DNA of 64,000 nt from an uncultured Chloroflexia bacterium (GTDB lineage: Bacteria; Chloroflexota; Limnocylindria; Limnocylindrales; CSP1-4), in assembly GCA_963766735.1 (NCBI GenBank), contig CAVYBU010000030.1, positions 64,001 to 128,000 on the forward strand, in the 5' to 3' direction. How positions within the stretch are numbered: position 1 is the stretch's first letter; each line of letters starts with the position of its first letter. The position numbers were made by a program, and so were the translations under genes. Shown here piece by piece: positions 57,378 to 64,000 of the stretch. The notes beneath the pieces were generated by a model, which made no database searches, was not told the origin of the DNA, and was given only the letters and a program-made list of their open reading frames with translations.

Positions 57378-59688
57378 GACCGGACCTCCTCTGCGTCGCG
57401 GTCGGCCGCGTCGAGCGCCGCGAGGATCCGCTCCGGCGTGGCGGGCAGCTCGTGGATCCAGACGCCGGTCGCGTCGTGGATGGCGGCGACGACCGCCGGC
57501 GCCACGACGTCCATCGGCAGCTCGCCGAGCCCCTTGGCGCCGTGTGGCGCGTCCGAGAAGGGGTTCTCCACCAGGACGGCCGTGATCTTCGGCGCGTCGA
57601 GCGAGGTGGGGATCAGGTACTTCGATAGCCGGTCGTTGAGGAACCGGCCGTCCTTGAGCTTCATCTCCTCGATCGTGGCATAGCCGACCGCCTGGAGCGA
57701 ACCGCCCTCCACCTGGCCGGCGGCCATCAGCGGGTTGATGACCGTGCCGCAATCGTCCGCGGAGACGACGTGCCTCACGGCCACCTCGCCGGTGTCGAGG
57801 TCCACCTCGACCTCGACCGTGGCAGCCGCCCAGGAGAACGCCGGGTAGGCGTCACCGACGTAGGTCGCGTCGTCCCAGGTGATGTCCGGGTAGCCGGTGA
57901 ACTGCTCGTCGAAGCGGAGGGCGCCATGGGTCCGGGCGACGTCGCCGTAGACCGCCGAGAACGGCCCGCGGCGCGTTCCTCGACGGCAGCCCGGAGCCGA
58001 TCGGATGCAAGGGCGAGGAGGCCGCCGACGACCATCGTGCTGCGCGAGGCGACGGTCGGGCCGCTGTTGGGGACGACGGAGGTGTCCTGGCGAACGATGC
58101 CCACGTCCTCGAACGGGATGCCGAGCCGGTCCGCCACGATCTGGGCGAAGACGGTCCGCACTCCCTGACCCATCTCGGTCTGGTTGGAGACGGCGAGGAC
58201 GCGCCCGTCCGCCGTCAGCTCCACCGCGGCGATGCTGGCGAGGTACTTCTCGCCACCGCCCGTGAAGCCGGCTCCATGCCAGCCCATCGCGACCCCGATC
58301 CCGGGCGCGCTGCGCGCCCTGCCGGCCGCGCGGTCGACGGTGCGAGCGGCGGCGAAGGTGCTCCGGCGGGTCTCGAAGTCGCTCGCCTCGAGCGCAGCCG
58401 CCAGGGTCTCCCGGGCCGACACGCTGTCCTTCAGCACCTGCTGGGTCGGGGTCAGGTCCCCGAGCTGGTAGGCCCAGCGCGCCCGCAGCTCCGCCGGCGA
58501 GACGCCGAGCGCATCGGCGATCCGGTTGACCTGCATCTCGGCGGCGAACTCCGTCTGGGGTGCGCCGAAGCCGCGGAAGGCGCCCGTGGGCGGCGTGTGG
58601 GTCTGCACTGCTCGCGCGTGGATGCGCACGTTCGGGCAGGCGTACGGGCCGGCCGAGTGGAGGGTCCCGCGGGAGAGCACCACCGACGAGAGGGTCGCGT
58701 AGGCGCCGCCGTCGAAGGTGATGTCGATGTCCTGGGCGATCAGCCGGCCGTCGCGCGTGACGCCGGTGCGATGGGTGATCACCGCCGGATGGCGCTTCGT
58801 GGTGACCGAGATGTCCTCGTGACGATCGTAGATCAGGCGGACCGGGCGACCGACCGCGAGGGCGAGCATGGCGGCATGGATGGCCAGCCCGGACGGGAAC
58901 TCCTCCTTGCCGCCGAAGGCACCGCCGGTGTCCTCCTGGACGACCACGCACCGCTCGCCGTCGAGGCCGAGGGCCCGCTTCATGGCCGCGTGGACGTAGT
59001 ACGGGCACTGCAGCGAGCCGTGGACCGTGACGCCGCCGTCCGGCCGCGGCACGGCGATCATGCCCTGGGTCTCGATGTAGAGCTGCTCCTGGTGGCCGAC
59101 GCGGTAGGTCCCCTCGATGACCAGGTCCGCCTCGGCGAACCCCGCCTCGAGGTCGCCGCGGGCGATGTTGTACTCGGTGAAGACGTGGTCGGACGCGAGC
59201 ATGTCGGTGACGGCCGGGAGCGGCTCCGTACGAAGCCGGATGTGGTCGCGCGCGGCGTGCGCCAGCGCAAGCGTGGGGGCCGCGACGAGGGCGACCGCCT
59301 CGCCGATGTGGCAGATCTCGTCCACCGCGAGGACCGGCTGGTCGTCCTTCATCAGGTGGATGACGTTCTCGCCCGGCACGTCGGCTGCCGTGAGCACCAC
59401 CACCCGGCTCCAGTCGAAGGCGGGGTCGCGCTCGATCCCGAGCAGGCGGGCATGCGGCTCGGTGGCCCGGACCGTGGCGCCGTGCCATGCCCCGGGTACG
59501 ACGAAGTCGTCGGTGTACCGCGTGGCGCCGAGCAGCTTGGCAACGGCATCCACCCGGGGCACGGACCGCGGGTCGGCTGCGGGATCGCGGATCCAGGTGG
59601 CCGGCGACGCCTCTGGTGGGACCGCCACGGGAGGCGCGGTCAGGACAGGCGTCGCGTGGGGGGTGCGGATCGGCGCCTGCGTCGTCAT
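57374..59688 (-). CDS. Xanthine dehydrogenase-family molybdopterin-binding subunit, frameshifted near 57968
   Basis: GGAFGGKE, FRGFGAPQ, EMGQG, TVASR; C-terminus in another frame with GQVEGG and AKGLGELP. Confidence 0.9.
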
Positions 59689-59693
59689 GGCTG

Positions 59694-60644
59694 CTACTCG
59701 TCCTTCACGATGTGGGTCCCGGCCTTGCCGCGGACCGCGCCCAGGAGGTTCTCCGGGTCCGTGATGATGGCTTCGCGGCCACCCCGCTCCAGGAACCAGA
59801 TGCATGCCTCGATCTTGGGCGCCATGCTGCCCTTTGCGAAGTGCCTGCCCTCGGCAAGATACGTCCTGGCCTCGGACAGCGTCATCCTGTCGATGAACCG
59901 CTGCTCAGGCGTGCCGAAGTCAAGGGCGACCCGGTCCACGGCGGTGGCGATCACCAGGAGGTCGGCCCCGAGATCGCTGGCCAGCAGGGAGCTGGCGAAG
60001 TCCTTGTCGATGACCGCGGGAGTGCCGTGCAGGTTTCCGCCCGCGTCCGCCACGACCGGGATCCCGCCGCCACCAACCGTGATGACGATGAAGCCGGCGC
60101 CAACCAGGGTCCTGACGGCGTTGAGCTCGACGATCCGCATCGGCCTCGGCGAGGCGACCACGCATCGCTTGCCTCGACCGGCATCCTCGACGACCGTCCA
60201 GCCGTCGGCCTGCCGCTTCGCCGCAGTCTCGTCATCGAGGAACGAGCCGATCGGCTTGGTCGGGTTGGCGAACGCCGGGTCGTTCCGGTCCACCTCCACC
60301 TGGGTCACGACGGTGACCGCTTCCTTGTCCAGCCCGAGGCGGGCGAAGTCGTGGCCCAGCGCCTGCTGAAGCTCGTACCCGATTGCGCCCTGCGAGTCGG
60401 CGCCACAGACGTCGAGCGGCACCTCGTGCAGCTCGTGGGCGGCGAGCTCCGAGCGGCGCAGGATGAAGCCGACCTGGGGCCCGTTGCCGTGCCCGATCGC
60501 CATCCGCCAGCCATCCGCGATGAGGGCCGCCAGGTGGTGGCTGGTCTGCTCGAGCGCCGCGATCTGGTCCGGCACCGACTGGTGCTGCTTGTCCTTGATC
60601 AGCGCATTGCCGCCGATCGCGACAACCATGAGGGGACTCGTCAT
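59694..60644 (-). CDS. arcC: Carbamate kinase
   Basis: VAIGGNAL, HGNGPQVG, PTKPIG, VVASP.P, GGGGIPV, VIDKD, GSMAPK. Confidence 0.95.
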   Translation of the reverse strand: MTSPLMVVAIGGNALIKDKQHQSVPDQIAALEQTSHHLAALIADGWRMAIGHGNGPQVGFILRRSELAAHELHEVPLDVCGADSQGAIGYELQQALGHDFARLGLDKEAVTVVTQVEVDRNDPAFANPTKPIGSFLDDETAAKRQADGWTVVEDAGRGKRCVVASPRPMRIVELNAVRTLVGAGFIVITVGGGGIPVVADAGGNLHGTPAVIDKDFASSLLASDLGADLLVIATAVDRVALDFGTPEQRFIDRMTLSEARTYLAEGRHFAKGSMAPKIEACIWFLERGGREAIITDPENLLGAVRGKAGTHIVKDE

Positions 60645-60747
60645 CCCATTCCTCCCCGACCCGTGGGCCGGTTGCAGATACGGTCGATTCCGGGGTTCGG
60701 CCGCGACCCGGACGGGCCACGGCCGAGAGTCAGACGCAGCGTGACTC

Positions 60748-61725
60748 TCAGCGCATCGTGAGCGCCATCACCGCCTTCTGGGCGTGCAGCCGGTTCTCGG
60801 CCTCGTCGTACACGACCGAGTGCGGGCCGTCGATGACGGCGTCCGCGACCTCGATGTTCCGGTCGGCCGGGAGTGGGTGCATATAGATCGCGTCGTCGGC
60901 GGCGAGGGCCATGCGGCGCTCGTCGGTGATCCAGTCCGTGTACTTCCTGCCGATCTCGGCACCCTCCTCGTCGCTCTTCGCGACGAGGAGCGGGCCCCAG
61001 CTCTTGGCGTAGATCACGTCGGAGCCCTTGAAGCCGGCGTCGAAGTCGTCCATCAGCTCGAGGCTGCCGCCCGACGCACGGGCGTTCTCGGCTGCCTGGT
61101 CAACGTACTCCTGGGGCAGCCTGTACTCGGGTGGATGCACCAGGCGCACGTTCATCCCGAAGCGGGTGGTGGCCAGGGTCAGGTCGAGCGGCACGGAGAG
61201 CGGCTTCTGGTAGCTGGCCGCGTACGCCCAGCTGACCGTGATCGTCTTCCCGCGCAGGTCGCTCTTCTTCTCCTTCATCGTCAACAGGTCGGCGAGGATC
61301 TGGTGCGGATGGAAGAGATCGCACTGCATGTTCAACACGGGAACGCGGCTCGCCTGGGCCACGGCGCGCTGGTAGGCGTTGCCCTCGCCCCAGGTGACGT
61401 GGCGGATGGCGATCCCATCGTTGTAGCGGCCCAGGATCTCGCCGATCTCCTTGGGGGTGTCCCCGTGGGCGATCTGCGTCGTCCGGCTCTCGATGAACTG
61501 GGCGTGGCCGCCCAGCTGGGCCATCCCCGCCTCGAACGACGCGCGGGTGCGCGTGCTCGAGAAGAAGAAGAGCATGGCCAGCACCTTGTTATCGAGCAGG
61601 GGGTGCTGGATGCCGAGGGCGCGCTCCATCTTGAGACGGGCGGCGACCTCGAGGATGGAATCGACCTCCTCCCTCGTCCATTCCTGGAGCGAGATGAGGT
61701 CGCGGCCGCGAAGGCCGGTCTGCAT
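60748..61725 (-). CDS. Carbamoyltransferase, YgeW-like (knotted) ornithine carbamoyltransferase family
   Basis: SSTRTRASF, QIAHGDT, NMQCD..HP.Q, SWAYAASYQKPLSVP, YAKSW, HPLPADR. Confidence 0.85.
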   Translation of the reverse strand: MQTGLRGRDLISLQEWTREEVDSILEVAARLKMERALGIQHPLLDNKVLAMLFFFSSTRTRASFEAGMAQLGGHAQFIESRTTQIAHGDTPKEIGEILGRYNDGIAIRHVTWGEGNAYQRAVAQASRVPVLNMQCDLFHPHQILADLLTMKEKKSDLRGKTITVSWAYAASYQKPLSVPLDLTLATTRFGMNVRLVHPPEYRLPQEYVDQAAENARASGGSLELMDDFDAGFKGSDVIYAKSWGPLLVAKSDEEGAEIGRKYTDWITDERRMALAADDAIYMHPLPADRNIEVADAVIDGPHSVVYDEAENRLHAQKAVMALTMR

Positions 61726-61752
61726 GATGCGGACTCCTTCCGGGTGCTCGGG

Positions 61753-62706
61753 CTACTCGGCCGCGCCGAGGATGAGCGTGAGGAGCGACATCTTCAGGGC
61801 GACGCCGTTGAAGGCCTCGGCCCAGTAGCGCTGGTGGCGGGTGGCGTCCACGTCGGGCAGCAGCTCGTCCATGCGCGGCAGGGAGTGCAGGATCATCGAG
61901 CTGCGCTTCGCCTTCTCCTTGAGAAGCTGGCGGGTGATGCAGTACTCCGGCGGCGTGAGGCCCACCTGGTCACCGCGCTCCACCCGCGACGAGGTGTAGT
62001 CGGCCTGGACCACCGGCTCCATGTAGATGACGTCGGCCTCGCCGATCACGTCACGAACGTCGCCCGCTTCGACATAGTCGACGTTCAGTTCGTCGATCTC
62101 GGCCTTGAACTCGGGCAGGAGCGACATGTCGGGCGGGCCGACCACGATCGCCTTGGCGTCGAACTGGCTGAGCGCGTAGAGGATCGAATGCATGGTCCGC
62201 ATGCGCATGTCGCCGACCAGGAGCCAGGTCAGCCCGTCGAGGGTGCCCTTCTCGAGCAGCGTGGTGTAGAGGTCGGTCAGAACCTGGGTCGGGTGCTCAC
62301 CCCAGCCGTCGCCGCAGTTGATGATCGGCACGGAAGACCACTTCGCGGCCTCTGCCGGCGCGCCCTGCTGGAAGTGGCGGATCGCGATCACGTCCGCGTA
62401 GTACTCCAGCATGTGGAAGGTGTCCTTGATCGACTCCTGGTAGAAGTCGCCGGCGCGGGTCATCTTCGAGTCCGCGAAGCCCAGGACGTGCCCGCCAAGG
62501 CGATGCATGGCGGCTTCATGGGACAGGCGCGTCCGGGTGCTGGGCTGGTAGAACGCCGTCAGCAGCGTCTTGTGCTTCAGGAGATCCGTGTTGCGCCGGT
62601 CGCGGGCGAAGGGACGCAGGTCGTCGGCGACCTGGAACACGCGGAAGTACTCATCGCGACTGAAGTCCTTCAGGGACAGGATGTCGCGGCCGGCGAAGCT
62701 CCTCAT
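61753..62706 (-). CDS. Aspartate carbamoyltransferase-like protein with a divergent acceptor site
   Basis: PSTRTRLS, IRH, NCGDG..EHPTQ, HSLPR; AAGGAGG RBS. Confidence 0.85.
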   Translation of the reverse strand: MRSFAGRDILSLKDFSRDEYFRVFQVADDLRPFARDRRNTDLLKHKTLLTAFYQPSTRTRLSHEAAMHRLGGHVLGFADSKMTRAGDFYQESIKDTFHMLEYYADVIAIRHFQQGAPAEAAKWSSVPIINCGDGWGEHPTQVLTDLYTTLLEKGTLDGLTWLLVGDMRMRTMHSILYALSQFDAKAIVVGPPDMSLLPEFKAEIDELNVDYVEAGDVRDVIGEADVIYMEPVVQADYTSSRVERGDQVGLTPPEYCITRQLLKEKAKRSSMILHSLPRMDELLPDVDATRHQRYWAEAFNGVALKMSLLTLILGAAE

Positions 62707-64000
62707 GACCTGGTGTCCTCCTTGGGACTATGACGACGACCATCCGGGTCCGGGGACACCTGGCCGTCCGGTTCTCGCTGGACGCCGCTGAAGACAACGG
62801 CGACCGTTTCGTCTGGATCGAGCGCGCCTGCGCGCGCCAGGTGGAGCAGCCCGGCGAAGCCGGAGGAGCCCGTATGGTCGACAAGGATCCCGGTTGCCGC
62901 GCGGGCGAGGCTGTTGGCCTCTTCCAGCGTCGGCTCGTCGACCACGATAGGCGTTCCTCCCGTCAGGAGCATGCCCCGCACGACGGCCTGCCAATCGTAG
63001 GTCTCGTCGTCCAGTATGCCGTGGGCGATGCTGTGAGGAGCCTCTTCCCACGGCCACATGAATTCGGCGCGGTGGCGTGCCGCATAGGCAAGCGCCGCGT
63101 CCACGCTCTCACCCGCGACCACGCGCGCGGCCACGCGCTCGTGGGCCCGTGCGAGCGGGAAGGCACCCTGGGTCTGCACGGTATCGAAGCGCGGCAGCGG
63201 GATGTCCATCCCGGCAGCGGGGGCGTTCTCGAACCCGGCCATGATCGACGATGCGAAGGCGCCGCCGCCCACCTGGATCACCACGCGGTCGATTCGCTCC
63301 GGCCCGTTCGTCTGGCCCACAGCCGCCGCCATCTCGAGCCCCAGGGTCTCGCCGCCTTCCACCGCGAACGCGTTGAGGTTGCCCTGACAGGTGAACGGTG
63401 CCGCCCCGGCCGCGATCGCGTCCAGGAGGCGCAGGTACGTCGGGTCGCCGGCCACGCCCGGTTGCCGTTCGCAGATCTCCAGCTCGGCGCCCAGGGTGCG
63501 CAGCCGGGTGACGACCGCCTCGTCTGCATCGGGCGGGATGAAGACGAGGAGCCGTCGCTCCGCGGCCCGCGCCACGACCGCAGCCGCGAGTGCCGCGTTG
63601 CCGCAGCTGGCGATCGCCAGCGGTGTGTCGCCCGTCACGGTGCCCGCAACCTCGAGCTCGACCAGCGAACCGAAGAGATGACGGGCCTTGTGCGAACCCG
63701 ACACGTTGCCGGTTTCGTCCTTGACCCACACCCCGCCACGTGCAGAGAAGCCGAGGCGCTCCGACAGCACCGCACTGCGCGCGAATGGCGTCACCCGGAA
63801 GCCGTGGTCGGCCACGCGGGCGACCGCGGCGTCCAGGCGCTCCACCAGGGCGACATATCGCTCGTCCGTCCAGCCCGCGGCCAGGGCCGCATGCCAGGCG
63901 TGGAACAGGCGTCGGTAGGCGACGAACGGATTCTCAGAGGGTGCCGGCGTCATCGGCGAAGCCGCCGGGTCCAGCAGTCGCACCAGGATGTGATCGATGC
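62703..64000 (-). CDS. PLP-dependent fold-type II enzyme (threonine synthase/ammonia-lyase-like), 5' end outside window
   Basis: KDETGNVSGSHKARH (PLP Lys), ASCGNA, QVGGGA, SIAHG; ORF is open to the window edge. Confidence 0.87.
   Translation of the reverse strand, partial: IDHILVRLLDPAASPMTPAPSENPFVAYRRLFHAWHAALAAGWTDERYVALVERLDAAVARVADHGFRVTPFARSAVLSERLGFSARGGVWVKDETGNVSGSHKARHLFGSLVELEVAGTVTGDTPLAIASCGNAALAAAVVARAAERRLLVFIPPDADEAVVTRLRTLGAELEICERQPGVAGDPTYLRLLDAIAAGAAPFTCQGNLNAFAVEGGETLGLEMAAAVGQTNGPERIDRVVIQVGGGAFASSIMAGFENAPAAGMDIPLPRFDTVQTQGAFPLARAHERVAARVVAGESVDAALAYAARHRAEFMWPWEEAPHSIAHGILDDETYDWQAVVRGMLLTGGTPIVVDEPTLEEANSLARAATGILVDHTGSSGFAGLLHLARAGALDPDETVAVVFSGVQREPDGQVSPDPDGRRHSPKEDTRS

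Noticed and set aside
60748-62706. Plain argF and pyrB biosynthetic annotation
   Set aside because: The first lacks the OTCase DxxxSMG motif and has a YgeW-type SWAY..SY.KPLSVP loop. The second lacks the aspartate-binding motifs. The gene context is catabolic.
1-64000. Prophage, transposase, integrase, tRNA, rRNA or a recognisable antiphage defence island
   Set aside because: No supporting motifs were seen by eye, and composition is fairly uniform across the window.

Overview
This is a high-GC bacterial chromosomal window. Gene content and style suggest Chloroflexota or a similar monoderm, which is an inference only. About 64 CDS are supported, mostly housekeeping or accessory metabolism: moaA (partial), purine nucleoside phosphorylase, thyX, a Dpp/Opp peptide ABC operon, an aquaporin, two ABC-2 exporters, three base-excision glycosylase-type genes, two DEAD-box helicases, ybaK, nifJ with a DHOD-like partner, a DUF2089/DUF4097 operon and a HipA-like kinase/DUF3037 pair. 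I saw no rRNA, tRNA, CRISPR array or mobile element. The best candidates for new biology are five. (1) A GreA fused behind an apparently degenerate GIY-YIG nuclease-like domain. (2) A purine/ureide-catabolic-like cluster at the right edge (xanthine-dehydrogenase-family subunits, carbamate kinase, a PLP lyase-like enzyme, a URO-D-like enzyme) with two different carbamoyltransferases, one a PyrB-like enzyme lacking the aspartate-binding motifs. (3) A secreted, very basic caspase/CHAT-fold His-Cys protein behind a structured leader. (4) An operon whose three soluble proteins share a SHOCT-like helical motif. (5) Pervasive leaderless-type promoters, with TAnnnT 6-7 nt before the start codon. Three genes carry single frameshifts that are probably sequencing errors. 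All assignments come from reading motifs by eye; no searches were run.
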